A DNA stretch of 64,000 bases from Clostridiales bacterium (GCA_017513085.1 JAFWDK010000010.1:64001-128000); one strand, 5' to 3'; counted from the stretch's first letter, positions 28,360 to 38,420 are shown. Numbers and translations: made by a program. The notes: a model not told the origin generated them from the sequence alone.

Positions 28360-29406
28360 TTGGGAAATCACTGCCAATGGTATAATCTAGATAATAAATT
28401 GAATGAACCGGAAGGAGTGATTCCCACAGATATTCTTGATACCGCACTTCAACTTTATTTTCAGCCGCCCTGTGTTTTTAACATGATACCGGGGCATGAT
28501 GGTGGACGCAATCTGGCTTTCCTTGTAAAAAAGGACGATGAGAAATATGTTCTTCGTCTCTCTTCGATGGATGACCGTCGGGAGGAAGATTTTCTCGCAG
28601 AAGCAGAGTTTATCCACTATCTGGCGCAGCATGGCGCGCCGGTTGCTGATGTGATCCCCTCAGTCAACGGGAAACTTGTGGAAGTAGTGACTTCGTCCCC
28701 CAAGCCCGTTTGCGCTTGCCTTTTTGAGTATGCCAAGGGGAAGCTTCTTTGTGAGAATCAGTACCGTTACCGGGAAGGAGTGCCGATCGAAGAATATTTC
28801 TATAATACGGGAAAAGCACTTGGCGCGATCCATCGTCTTTCCAAACAATATGAGCCATCTCATCGAAGGATGGATTATTCGGACAAGTATAACAAAGAGT
28901 ATATCGATCAGCTGATCCCGGATAAATACAAGGATCTGAAGCAGGCGATCTATCGTAGACTGGATATGTTCGCTGAATTACCGCGTGAGGCAGAGGATTA
29001 CGGACTTGTTCACTTTGATTTCAGTGACGGGAACTATCACATAGACTTCAGTACAGGGGATATCACGGTGTTCGACTTTGATAACTCTCTTTATTGCTGG
29101 TACATGTTCGATCTTGCCAATCTCTGGATCCATGGCGAAGGCTGGTGCCGCTTCATCCGCAAAAAAGAGGATAAGAAGGCATATTGGCAGCACTACTTCG
29201 ATACGGTCCTGGAAGGATATAGAAGCGAGACGGACGTTTCCGAGGATCTTCTTTCGAAGCTCCCTCTGTTTATTGATATGGTTCTGATCGAGAATATCGT
29301 AGATGAGTTCGAGTGCTGTGAAAGAGAAGGTGAGAAACTTGATTTCAAAGACATCAAGACCAAGGCAAAATGTCTGATCAAAGACCTTCCCTACTTCGGA
29401 GAATAG
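28360..29406 (+). CDS. APH/choline-kinase-like phosphotransferase (YerI/type II homoserine kinase-like)
   Basis: GLVHFDFSDGNY, VFDFD, YMFDLA. True start uncertain (28399 or 28417 possible). Confidence 0.85.
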   Translation: MGNHCQWYNLDNKLNEPEGVIPTDILDTALQLYFQPPCVFNMIPGHDGGRNLAFLVKKDDEKYVLRLSSMDDRREEDFLAEAEFIHYLAQHGAPVADVIPSVNGKLVEVVTSSPKPVCACLFEYAKGKLLCENQYRYREGVPIEEYFYNTGKALGAIHRLSKQYEPSHRRMDYSDKYNKEYIDQLIPDKYKDLKQAIYRRLDMFAELPREAEDYGLVHFDFSDGNYHIDFSTGDITVFDFDNSLYCWYMFDLANLWIHGEGWCRFIRKKEDKKAYWQHYFDTVLEGYRSETDVSEDLLSKLPLFIDMVLIENIVDEFECCEREGEKLDFKDIKTKAKCLIKDLPYFGE

Positions 29407-29429
29407 TCTTACGTAACGGAGAGTTAAAA

Positions 29430-30191
29430 ATGGTAGGTATATATTTTAGCGGGACAGGCAATTCGAAATATGCTGTGGAGCTGTTTTGCAGCGAGTACAA
29501 CAAAGATTCCCGTGCATATTCGATCGAGGATGATGAGGCATTAACAGCTATAAAGGAGTCGGACCTTATCGTCTTTGCCTATCCGGTTCAGTTCAGTACG
29601 ATTCCCAAGATTTTGCGGGACTTTATTACGGATCACAAAGCGCTGTGGATGAATAAGAAGGTTTTCCTGATTGCGACGATGGGGCTTTTCAGCGGGGATG
29701 GCGCAGGAATACTCGGACGACTTTTGAAAAAGCATGGAGCGAAACCAGTTGGTGGACTTCATCTTAAAATGCCGGACAGTATAGCTGATGAAAAAGCACT
29801 GAAACGTCCGCTTCAGAAGAATAAGGAACTTGTAAAGCAGGCAGAACAGAAGATAAAGGAATCCGTGAATCGTTTGAAAGCCGGGAGTCCCACGAAGGAA
29901 GGGATGGGACCGCTTTACAGACTGGCTGGTTTCTTCGGACAGAGAGCGTACTTCGGACATAAGACCAAAGCGTATTCCTCCAAGCTTAAGGTGGATACGG
30001 ATTCGTGTATCGGATGCGGGATATGCGAAAAGGTATGTCCGATGGGGAATATGGCAATTAAGGATAAAAAAGCAGTTTCAAGTGACCGGTGCACCATGTG
30101 CTATCGCTGTATCAACATATGTCCCAAGCAGGCACTTACCCTTCTTGGGAAAAGAGTAGTGGAACAGTGCGGAATTGAAAAATACAGGTGA
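29430..30191 (+). CDS. Flavodoxin + 2[4Fe-4S] ferredoxin fusion (EFR1-like)
   Basis: YFSGTGNS; CIGCGICEKVCP and CTMCYRCINICP. Confidence 0.9.
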   Translation: MVGIYFSGTGNSKYAVELFCSEYNKDSRAYSIEDDEALTAIKESDLIVFAYPVQFSTIPKILRDFITDHKALWMNKKVFLIATMGLFSGDGAGILGRLLKKHGAKPVGGLHLKMPDSIADEKALKRPLQKNKELVKQAEQKIKESVNRLKAGSPTKEGMGPLYRLAGFFGQRAYFGHKTKAYSSKLKVDTDSCIGCGICEKVCPMGNMAIKDKKAVSSDRCTMCYRCINICPKQALTLLGKRVVEQCGIEKYR

Positions 30192-30201
30192 GGAAATTTT
30201 A

Positions 30202-30297
30202 ATGATTTATCTTGAAACAGACAGACTTATTCTTCGTGTGGAATACAGACTTCTTAAGTCTGTATGGATGGGCCGATCCTCCGCTTTCAGGAGATAG
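30202..30297 (+). pseudogene. Internally deleted RimJ/RimL-type acetyltransferase
   Basis: GAGG RBS, then MIYLETDRLILR joined in frame to VEYRLLKSVW...: typical first and last residues of the family (compare gene 14822). Confidence 0.7.
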
Positions 30298-30300
30298 AAT

Positions 30301-31176
30301 ATGGAATTGATTAGTGATTACATGATGGATGATACATACCGTCATATGTTGAATGAATTAACCAGAAACACTTTCGGATTTGATTTTGAAAGTTGGGTGA
30401 CGAATGGATATTTTGAAGGAGACTATATCCCGTATTCTTTCATGGATGAAGGAAGAATCGTATCCAATGTGTCTGCGAATCGAATGAAGCTTATGCAAAA
30501 CGGTTCCGTGAAATACTATGTACAGATCGGAACTGTTATGACAGATGAAAGCTATCGAGGACAGGGCCTCGCAGCGAAACTGATAAAGCGTGTCATAAAT
30601 GAATATGAACAAGAATGTGATGGCATTTACTTGTTCAGTAATTTGAGCGCGTTAGGTTTTTATCAGAAGATGGGTTTTAAGGTTGAAAACCAGTACAGAT
30701 ACTATGTAAAAGATGAGTACTGTCATTCTGATAAATCAAAAGATGGATTTAAGCCAATAAAGGATTTGGATGATGATATAAAGAAGAAATACTTAGATTA
30801 TGTCCGTAACAGCGCATATCAATCTTCTTTTGAGCAGATCAATAAGTATGGCTTACAGATGTTTTATACTGCCGGCATGGATAATGTGTATTACGCCGAT
30901 GATATCGACAGTTTTATTGTGATGGAACAAGATGGGTGTGCTGTATTAGAATCAGTACTGTGCAAGGAAAAAGTGGCACTCGCAGATGTTGTACAACGCA
31001 TTGATCTGGAGAGTCGTAAATGCAGACTAGGGTTTACTCCGCATGAGTCAGATAAGAAAATATGCATTTCTGAAGTATATAATGGTGGAGATGACTACAG
31101 GCTTTTCTACAGAGGAAAAGAACTTGAAGCTATTGAACAGGACAGGTTTTATTTTCCGGATCTGTCACATGCGTAA
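30301..31176 (+). CDS. GNAT-family acetyltransferase (Eis-like N-terminal domain)
   Basis: QIGTVMTDESYRGQGLA, FYQKMGF. Confidence 0.85.
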   Translation: MELISDYMMDDTYRHMLNELTRNTFGFDFESWVTNGYFEGDYIPYSFMDEGRIVSNVSANRMKLMQNGSVKYYVQIGTVMTDESYRGQGLAAKLIKRVINEYEQECDGIYLFSNLSALGFYQKMGFKVENQYRYYVKDEYCHSDKSKDGFKPIKDLDDDIKKKYLDYVRNSAYQSSFEQINKYGLQMFYTAGMDNVYYADDIDSFIVMEQDGCAVLESVLCKEKVALADVVQRIDLESRKCRLGFTPHESDKKICISEVYNGGDDYRLFYRGKELEAIEQDRFYFPDLSHA

Positions 31177-31197
31177 ACGGAAAATGAGGAATGAACG

Positions 31198-31959
31198 ATG
31201 TTGCTTGAAGAATTTGACAGAGAAACAAGAGCTATAATTGATCCGGACATGTGTGCGGAAAGAATGGAGGACTTCCCTGAAGTTACGATATCCTGCTTTT
31301 CATGGAAGCTGTTTGAAAGTGTTCTTGCTACATTTGATGCCCGGAAAATCGCGGATGTTCATTCTGCTACGGGTCTCAATCCGGTATATGAAGTCGAGTA
31401 TAAGGGAAAGCGGTTTACGTTGTATCATTCGTTGGTCGGCGAACCGATATGTGTTGCCCAGTATGAAGATTTGATAGCAATGGGTAGTAAACGTCTCATA
31501 CTGCTCGGTAACTGCGGTGTTTTAGATAAAACCATTGAAGATTGCGGGATCATCATTCCGACTGCTGCATTGCGGGATGAGGGGACAAGCTATCACTATG
31601 CTGAGCCTGGTGATGTGATAGAAGTAAACAAGAAATACAGAGATACGTTTAAGACGGTCTTAAAAGAGTGTGGTTATTCTTATGTGGAAGGAATTACATG
31701 GACAACGGATGCCTGCTATCGTGAGACAAGAGAAAAAGTAAACCGCAGAAAGAAACAGGGAGCAATCTGTGTCGAGATGGAATGTGCAGGCATGCAGGCG
31801 GTATGCGATTTCAGAGGAACGGAATTCTTCCAGTTCTTTTACGCAGGAGACAACCTCGACCATTCCACATGGGATCCGAGAAGTCTCTCGAATGGATCGC
31901 GTCTCAATGATAAGACGAAAATAATGTTCCTGGCGTTTGAACTGGGGCTGAGAATATGA
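31198..31959 (+). CDS. Nucleoside phosphorylase (uridine/purine phosphorylase family 1)
   Basis: RDEGTSYHY, WTTDACYRET, VEMECA. Confidence 0.9.
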   Translation: MLLEEFDRETRAIIDPDMCAERMEDFPEVTISCFSWKLFESVLATFDARKIADVHSATGLNPVYEVEYKGKRFTLYHSLVGEPICVAQYEDLIAMGSKRLILLGNCGVLDKTIEDCGIIIPTAALRDEGTSYHYAEPGDVIEVNKKYRDTFKTVLKECGYSYVEGITWTTDACYRETREKVNRRKKQGAICVEMECAGMQAVCDFRGTEFFQFFYAGDNLDHSTWDPRSLSNGSRLNDKTKIMFLAFELGLRI

Positions 31960-31984
31960 CGATCTGGGAGAGTTTGAGGAATAT

Positions 31985-32113
31985 ATGGAATTAATGAAAC
32001 TGGATAATGATTTCTCCGTTTGCAAGGTTGCGTCGATTGCAGACATTGATATGACAGCGGACTTTTTCTTCATTGGCAAAACAGATGAATAATTGTCTTT
32101 GGTTTGTAATACT
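31985..32113 (+). pseudogene. Truncated ACT-domain protein
   Basis: MELMKLDNDFSVCKVASIADIDMTADFFFIGKTDE*LSLVCNT: in-frame TAA where TDEELSLV is expected; the rest of the gene is missing. Confidence 0.75.
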
Positions 32114-32171
32114 GGCCGCAGAAGGATATACGATAGTATAAAATCATATTAGAACTAAAAAGGAGAGCAAT

Positions 32172-32705
32172 ATGTCGATCGGACTTAAGAGCGGAACCGT
32201 TATATTAGAGCCCCATCAGGAAGAGTGGGATATGGAAGGTAAACGTATCTGTGCGACCATTAAAGAGATTCTTGGCAAGGATGTAGTCGATGCACAGCAT
32301 GTAGGAAGTACTTCCATTAAGAGTATATGTGCCAAACCGATCATAGATATAGCTGTTGCCGTAAGAGATTTTCAGGATATAAGAAAACACGACGATGAAC
32401 TTGCTGAGCATGGGATCATCTATCGCAAAGAAGACTATCCGGGTCAACATCTGTACCGTATCGGAGATCTGGATAACGGAATAGTTACTCACTATATACA
32501 TGTTGTATTAGCGGATTCTTTTCAATGGCAAAACTATATCAACTTCAGAGACTATCTAAATTCTCACACCGAAGAGGCCGAAGCTTATGAGAAGTGTAAG
32601 CAGGATCTGTGGTCGAGATATCCTAATGATCGTGAAGCCTATGTTGAGGGCAAGAGTGAGCTCGTAACGGAACTACTTGCTAAAGCTTCTGATTGGCAAG
32701 ACTAA
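32172..32705 (+). CDS. GrpB-family (nucleotidyltransferase-fold) protein
   Basis: HVGSTS, AKPIIDI, FRDYL, YVEGKS motifs. Confidence 0.9.
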   Translation: MSIGLKSGTVILEPHQEEWDMEGKRICATIKEILGKDVVDAQHVGSTSIKSICAKPIIDIAVAVRDFQDIRKHDDELAEHGIIYRKEDYPGQHLYRIGDLDNGIVTHYIHVVLADSFQWQNYINFRDYLNSHTEEAEAYEKCKQDLWSRYPNDREAYVEGKSELVTELLAKASDWQD

Positions 32706-32716
32706 AGGAGAAACAA

Positions 32717-33223
32717 ATGAACTATATCAATAAGGGAAAACGGGATGTAATCATCATACCAACGTTTAGTAATGTGCAAATTCTGGAAACGATCAGAAAA
32801 AAGTACGATGAACTTTACGGTATTGTGCCACCACATATTACCCTTGCTTTCCCATTCGATAGTGATATCTCAAATGATGATTTAGAACGTAAATTGTCCG
32901 AAATTGCAAGTGATTTCAAACCGTTCAAAATAAGATTGAAAGGAATTTCTTTTGGTTTTGATACCCGAGTGAATACATATTACATTTTCCTGGATTTTAT
33001 TCAAGGAGAAGAGATAATTACTGCGATTCACAAAAGGATTTATTGTGATATTCTTCATAAAGAGCTGCCTTTTGAGTATAAACCCCATATTACATTAGGA
33101 TGCACAAAGGAAAAGATCGATCTTAGCTTAGATGAAGAATTTGAAACTACAGTTGATCAGTTATCTGTTGAGTTAATTGGTGAAAATGAAGAATCAAACA
33201 TAATCATCCGGATTAGCTTATAA
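32717..33223 (+). CDS. 2H phosphoesterase / 2'-5' RNA ligase family protein
   Basis: Two HxT motifs (PPHITL, KPHITL); AAGGAG RBS. Confidence 0.88.
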   Translation: MNYINKGKRDVIIIPTFSNVQILETIRKKYDELYGIVPPHITLAFPFDSDISNDDLERKLSEIASDFKPFKIRLKGISFGFDTRVNTYYIFLDFIQGEEIITAIHKRIYCDILHKELPFEYKPHITLGCTKEKIDLSLDEEFETTVDQLSVELIGENEESNIIIRISL

Positions 33224-33265
33224 TGTAGTGGAGCAAAGAAATAAATACTCAGGACAGGGATCTAT

Positions 33266-34039
33266 ATGGAAGACTCTATAATCACAAAGAACAAACAGTA
33301 TTGGGATGAACACGCTGATCTTTGGTTTGGAACGACGGCTCTGCCCCGATACGGAGTTAAGTTTGTCACGGAGGATGATCTGCATTTCTTCTCGGATGTG
33401 GCCGGCAAGAAGGCTCTTGAAATATGCTGCGGAAGCGGACATTCACTAAAATACCTTTGGAATAAAGGCGCCGGCGAGCTCTGGGGGCTTGATCTGTCAC
33501 AAAAGCAGCTGGACAATGCCAGGCAGTTCTTAAACGGGAGTGGCTGTGATCCAAAGCTTATTTGTGCACCTATGGAGGAAGATTCAGGCATTCCCCGAGA
33601 TTATTTTGACTACGTATATTCCATCTATGGTATCGGCTGGACGACTGACCTTGCCGGCACATTTAAGAAGATTGCCTCGTATCTGAAAAAGGACGGCATC
33701 TTCATATTCAGCTGGGGACATCCGCTTCATTATTGCGTGGCAAAATCATATGCAACCGGCGAAGATGAAGTGCAGGATGGAGAACTCGTATTCTCAAGGA
33801 GTTATTTCGATGAGTCATATTTTGATATGCCGGTTCACGACACCACTGTGACATTTGCGAACAGGAAGATATCTACTTATGTCAATGCATTGTATGAAGC
33901 CGGTTTTATCATCGAGAAGATGGTCGAGCAAACTGATGAACAGACACTGGCTGACAGTAAGGACAACAGCCCGAAAGCGCAGAAAGCGAGGATGATCCCT
34001 CTATCAATGTGCTTTAAGTGCAGAAAAATAGGCGGATAA
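33266..34039 (+). CDS. Class I SAM-dependent methyltransferase
   Basis: ALEICCGSGHS, GLDLS, FDYVYSIY. Confidence 0.9.
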   Translation: MEDSIITKNKQYWDEHADLWFGTTALPRYGVKFVTEDDLHFFSDVAGKKALEICCGSGHSLKYLWNKGAGELWGLDLSQKQLDNARQFLNGSGCDPKLICAPMEEDSGIPRDYFDYVYSIYGIGWTTDLAGTFKKIASYLKKDGIFIFSWGHPLHYCVAKSYATGEDEVQDGELVFSRSYFDESYFDMPVHDTTVTFANRKISTYVNALYEAGFIIEKMVEQTDEQTLADSKDNSPKAQKARMIPLSMCFKCRKIGG

Positions 34040-34066
34040 TCATCCATTTTAAATCTGGAGAAAAAC

Positions 34067-34633
34067 ATGAACGCGAGAGAATACCTTGAAATATTACATG
34101 TAGCTGAAAGACTCAAAGATACGCCCAGACACTGTACGACCACCAACGGAAGAACGGAGAGTGTGGCGGAACACAGCTGGAGAGTATCACTCATGGCTTC
34201 ACTCCTGAGACACGAATTCCCTGATCTTGATATGGATAAGGTCGTTAGTATGTGTCTTATTCACGATCTCGGAGAATGTTTTACCGGTGACATACCTGCT
34301 TTTGTTAAGACGGATGCTGACAGAAAAACAGAAGATACATTATTAGAACAATGGGTGAAGTCGCTTACGGAAGAGATATCCTCCGATCTCTCTGCTCTAT
34401 ACAAGGAAATGGATGCGCAGAAGACGGCGGAAGCGAAATTGTATAAGGCCTTAGACAAACTTGAAGCCTTGATCCAGCATAATGAGTCTCCTTTGAGCAC
34501 ATGGGCGGAGAACGAGTACGAGCTGAATAAGACGTATGCTTTCGAAACGGTCTCATTCTCGAAATGGCTTACAGCACTTCGAGAAGAGATCCTTAAGGAT
34601 ACGATTGAAAAAATCGAAAAGGAGAGTGAATAA
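34067..34633 (+). CDS. HD-domain phosphohydrolase
   Basis: ESVAEHSWR, IHDLGE, DKLE. Confidence 0.9.
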   Translation: MNAREYLEILHVAERLKDTPRHCTTTNGRTESVAEHSWRVSLMASLLRHEFPDLDMDKVVSMCLIHDLGECFTGDIPAFVKTDADRKTEDTLLEQWVKSLTEEISSDLSALYKEMDAQKTAEAKLYKALDKLEALIQHNESPLSTWAENEYELNKTYAFETVSFSKWLTALREEILKDTIEKIEKESE

Positions 34634-35146
34634 ATGGAAAACATTGTTTTTAGAGAAGCAACAATGGATGATGCAGAGGAAATGATTTCCTATCTGAACA
34701 TCGTCGGGAGAGAATCCGGAAATCTCATGCATGGGGCAGACGGTTTTAAAGCACCGGTCGAAGCGGTGAAACGGCGCATCCAGGCTTCCCATGACGCAGA
34801 TAACAGCATAATTCTGATTGCCCTTTCGGATGGGAAGATCATAGGCCGGGCTGAACTGGCCGGCTATCCGGCGGCAAAATTGCATCATAATGCCACGTTT
34901 TCCATTTCTGTCCGAAAAGACTACTGGAATATGAAAATCGGCACAAGGCTGATGACAGAAATCATTGAATGTGCGAAAAAGATGAATCTTCGGAATATTG
35001 ATCTGGAAGTAGTAGTTGATAATAAGGCAGCCATTGCGCTTTACCATAAAATGGGATTTACCGATATAGGAGTATACAAGAACTACTGGTATGCGAATAA
35101 TACCTATAGCGATGCCATTGTCATGCAGAAATGTTTGAACGACTAA
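34634..35146 (+). CDS. GNAT-family N-acetyltransferase
   Basis: SVRKDYWNMKIG, NKAAIALYHKMGF. Confidence 0.9.
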   Translation: MENIVFREATMDDAEEMISYLNIVGRESGNLMHGADGFKAPVEAVKRRIQASHDADNSIILIALSDGKIIGRAELAGYPAAKLHHNATFSISVRKDYWNMKIGTRLMTEIIECAKKMNLRNIDLEVVVDNKAAIALYHKMGFTDIGVYKNYWYANNTYSDAIVMQKCLND

Positions 35147-35170
35147 TATAGAAGCGATTGAGGATCCTTT

Positions 35171-36529
35171 TTGATGGATATTGAAGGAAGAAAAGAATTC
35201 AAAAAGCAGCTTATGAGTCTGTCAGTGCCTTTGGCGCTACAGAATCTTCTTACGGCTCTTGTCGGCGCATCGGATGCACTTATGCTAGGACGTCTGACGC
35301 AGGATGCGATCGCAGCCGTATCGCTTGCCAATCAGATTGCTTTTGTTATGTCTTTATTCTATAGCGTTGCTATTGTTGCAGCGAGTGTTCTGATATCCCA
35401 ATATTGGGGCAAGAAGGACTATCTTAATGCAAAAAGATTTCTGGGAATGGCAATTCGATATGCCCTGGGCATCGGAATCATCTTCACGGTAGGTGCTTAT
35501 ATCTTTGCAGAACAACTTATAGGGATATTGACTAATGAGCAGGAGCTAATCCGGATCGGAGCGGATTACCTGAGGATTGTGTGCTTCTCTTATGTTTTTA
35601 CCTCTGTATTGCGGTGTTTTCTGATGATTATGAAGATTTCCGGGCATGTGAAGTTGAGCGTCTGGATCTCTGTTGTTACCGTAACAGTGGACATGGCAGC
35701 CGATTTCTTCCTGATCTATGGATTTGGAAAGATCCCTGCTTTGGGTGCAAACGGCTCTGCTTATTCAACGATCGTTGTGGAAATGATTGCTCTGATCTGG
35801 TGTGTTATTTGGGCGCAGAGAAATGAGAATATACGTCTTGGAAAAGATTCCCTGCTTTGTTTTTCCAGGACATATGAGCGAAAACTTTGGAAGATCATCC
35901 CCGGAATGATGTTGTCCTCACTGGCTTGGGGATTCAGCATCCCAATGCACTCGTTTTTTCTGGGACATCTCGGGACAGATGCCACGGCAGCAGCCGCTGT
36001 AGTCACAGTCGCTCAGCAACTGATACAGGGACTTACTCATGGCTTCTCTACCGGTATCAGTATCATGATCGGGAAACTCCTTGGACAGAATAAATTGGAT
36101 AAGGCGAAAGAATATGGTGCTCTTAGTTGGAAAGTGTCATTGATTTCAGGAATGATAAATGTATTGCTGATTTGCATTGTTGGACCGCTTGTTTATGTAT
36201 TCTATGTACTTGAAGCCCTGGCCAAGCAATATCTCATACAAATGCTTATTTTCCTGGCTTTCTATATGGTGGCGTATGCATACAATACCATTATTACCTG
36301 TGGAGTCTTTCCAGCGGGAGGAGATTCGATTTATGACGGGATAAGTGTTTTGATTGCCACCTGGTGCTTTGCGATTCCACTGGCTCTTATCGCCTGCTTT
36401 GTATTACATCTTCCGGTCATAGTCGTTTATGTAATCATGTGCCTGGATGAGATAGTGAAGGTGCCTTTTATCAGGTGGAGATATAATAAATATATATGGC
36501 TAAAGAATCTTACAAAAGAGACTGCTTAA
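35171..36529 (+). CDS. MATE-family efflux transporter
   Basis: About 12 TM helices; DALMLGRL, ISQYWG, LGANGSAYST. Confidence 0.9.
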   Translation: MMDIEGRKEFKKQLMSLSVPLALQNLLTALVGASDALMLGRLTQDAIAAVSLANQIAFVMSLFYSVAIVAASVLISQYWGKKDYLNAKRFLGMAIRYALGIGIIFTVGAYIFAEQLIGILTNEQELIRIGADYLRIVCFSYVFTSVLRCFLMIMKISGHVKLSVWISVVTVTVDMAADFFLIYGFGKIPALGANGSAYSTIVVEMIALIWCVIWAQRNENIRLGKDSLLCFSRTYERKLWKIIPGMMLSSLAWGFSIPMHSFFLGHLGTDATAAAAVVTVAQQLIQGLTHGFSTGISIMIGKLLGQNKLDKAKEYGALSWKVSLISGMINVLLICIVGPLVYVFYVLEALAKQYLIQMLIFLAFYMVAYAYNTIITCGVFPAGGDSIYDGISVLIATWCFAIPLALIACFVLHLPVIVVYVIMCLDEIVKVPFIRWRYNKYIWLKNLTKETA

Positions 36530-36576
36530 GGAAAAACAGACATGATCAGAACATAAGAATTTAAAGAGGTAATGAT

Positions 36577-37164
36577 ATGAAAGTGTTAATTGTATATTGC
36601 CATCCTTCAAAAGATAGTTTTACGAATGAGGTATATAAATCTTTTGAACGAGGATTAAGAGATGCAGGTCATGAGATTTTAATATCCGATTTGTATGATA
36701 TGGATTTTAAAACGGACATGAGTGAAGAAGAATATTTACGAGAAACCTATTACAAAGCGGATGGAATAAAATCAAAAGATGTCTTGATCGAACAGGAAAA
36801 AATACAGAACAGTGATGCAATTGTGTTTATATATCCTGTATTTTGGACGGAAGCACCTGCGAAGCTTGTGGGTTGGTTTGACCGGGTTTGGACAACAGGA
36901 TTTGCTTATAGACCAGATCCTGCGATGAAGGTTCTTGAAAAAGCATTATTTATTGTTTGCGCAGGAAAAACCATGCAATCTCTCATTGAAACAGGGGAGA
37001 AGAGTGCTATGGAAACAGTAATGTTGGGAGATAGAATTCGTAATAGGGCAAAAGAGAAAGAAATGGTAATTTTTGATAATATATCGCATTGGAATGAAGA
37101 AGCACGAAATGAGAATATGCCACGACATCTTTCCAAGGCATATGATATGGGTGTAAATTTCTAG
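36577..37164 (+). CDS. NAD(P)H dehydrogenase (quinone), flavodoxin-like fold
   Basis: YCHPSKDSF, DLY, YPVFWTEAPAKLVGWFDRV. Confidence 0.9.
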   Translation: MKVLIVYCHPSKDSFTNEVYKSFERGLRDAGHEILISDLYDMDFKTDMSEEEYLRETYYKADGIKSKDVLIEQEKIQNSDAIVFIYPVFWTEAPAKLVGWFDRVWTTGFAYRPDPAMKVLEKALFIVCAGKTMQSLIETGEKSAMETVMLGDRIRNRAKEKEMVIFDNISHWNEEARNENMPRHLSKAYDMGVNF

Positions 37165-37193
37165 AACGTAAGAACGGAGTTGAAGAGAAGTCT

Positions 37194-37715
37194 ATGATCA
37201 TACTTATAACAGGTGCATCACATACCGGAAAAACTGTTTTGGCGCAGAGATTGCTTGAAAAATATAAATACCCGTATCTTTCCATAGATCATTTGAAAAT
37301 GGGACTTATTCGCAGTGGAAACACTGATCTTACGCCTGATGACGATGCCGAGCTTACGGAATATTTGTGGCCGATCGTCAGAGAAATCATCAAGACAGCC
37401 ATAGAGAATGAGCAGAACCTTATTGTTGAGGGATGTTATGTTCCTTTTGATTGGAGAAACAGTTTTGATGAGCAGTATCTTCTGTCGATAAGATTCATCT
37501 GTCTTGCTATGTCAGATGAATATATGATTTCGCATTTTGGAGATATAAAAGCGCATGGCTCAGACATTGAAAACAGGCTCGATGATTCTGATTGTACAGT
37601 TGAACAAGTGATGAAAGACAACCGCCAGATCATTGCCGGTTACAAATCCAGTGGCGAAAAGATTACTTTGATTACAGACAACTATGAGGATTCGATAAGA
37701 GGCATATTGAATTAA
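37194..37715 (+). CDS. P-loop kinase (2-phosphoglycerate/adenylate kinase-like)
   Basis: GASHTGKT, SIDHLKMGLIRSG, IVEG. Confidence 0.8.
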   Translation: MIILITGASHTGKTVLAQRLLEKYKYPYLSIDHLKMGLIRSGNTDLTPDDDAELTEYLWPIVREIIKTAIENEQNLIVEGCYVPFDWRNSFDEQYLLSIRFICLAMSDEYMISHFGDIKAHGSDIENRLDDSDCTVEQVMKDNRQIIAGYKSSGEKITLITDNYEDSIRGILN

Positions 37716-37728
37716 CAAATTCAAGTTT
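37715..37728 (+). repeat. 14-bp intergenic direct repeat ACAAATTCAAGTTT, copy 1
   Basis: Overlaps the TAA of the kinase gene; exact copy at 39549-39562. Confidence 0.75.
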
Positions 37729-37767
37729 GTCATGAGGTTGCATTTTGCGGATTTGTGAAAGGTTTTT

Positions 37768-38307
37768 ATGGATATTAGAATTGAACCTATATTGATTGAA
37801 CAAAAATCTGTATTCATTCAGATGATGGAGTTATACAATTATGATTTTTCAGAGTTTTCCGATGATGATATAAATGAATATGGATACTTTGGTTATTCGC
37901 GTATTGATGATTATTGGAATGAGGAAGGAAGATATCCTTACTTTATTAGAGTTGACGGGAAACTTGCAGGATTAGTCTTGGTCAGGTCCTGCAGTGAACA
38001 TAATGATTTATCCAATCCTCACAATATAGCTGAATTCTTCGTGATGAAAAAATACCGGCACAAAGGAGTTGGGAAGATGGTTGCTATGAAGATTTTCGAT
38101 ATGTTTCCCGGTGGATGGGAAATATCACAATGGCAAAATAACCTGCCTGCTCAAACCTTCTGGAAGATAGTCATTAACGAATATACTAATGGTAAGTTTG
38201 ATACATTTACTGCAATAGAGAAAGGCGAGGTTGGTTTTACATTTGATAATTCACTTAGCCGTGGTGATGAGGGAAAAGATGAAATACCAATACAAAGAAA
38301 TGCCTGA
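37768..38307 (+). CDS. GNAT-family N-acetyltransferase
   Basis: IAEFFVMKKYRHKGVG, NLPAQTFW. Confidence 0.88.
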   Translation: MDIRIEPILIEQKSVFIQMMELYNYDFSEFSDDDINEYGYFGYSRIDDYWNEEGRYPYFIRVDGKLAGLVLVRSCSEHNDLSNPHNIAEFFVMKKYRHKGVGKMVAMKIFDMFPGGWEISQWQNNLPAQTFWKIVINEYTNGKFDTFTAIEKGEVGFTFDNSLSRGDEGKDEIPIQRNA

Positions 38308-38346
38308 ATCTATGATGGTCTGTTTTTGAGTTTGGATTATGAATGA

Positions 38347-38420
38347 TTTCTCCCAATTATATTGAAAAATCTCCCAAAAGGATGTATGATTTGGGAGAAA
38401 AGTATGTTGGTTGGGAGAAA
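38347..38420 (+). promoter_or_regulatory. Promoter with four TCTCCCAA half-sites upstream of the Fic gene
   Basis: TTTCTCCCAA 38347, AATCTCCCAA 38368, TTGGGAGAAA 38391 and 38411; TTGAAA(38362)-17bp-TATGAT(38385). Confidence 0.75.
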
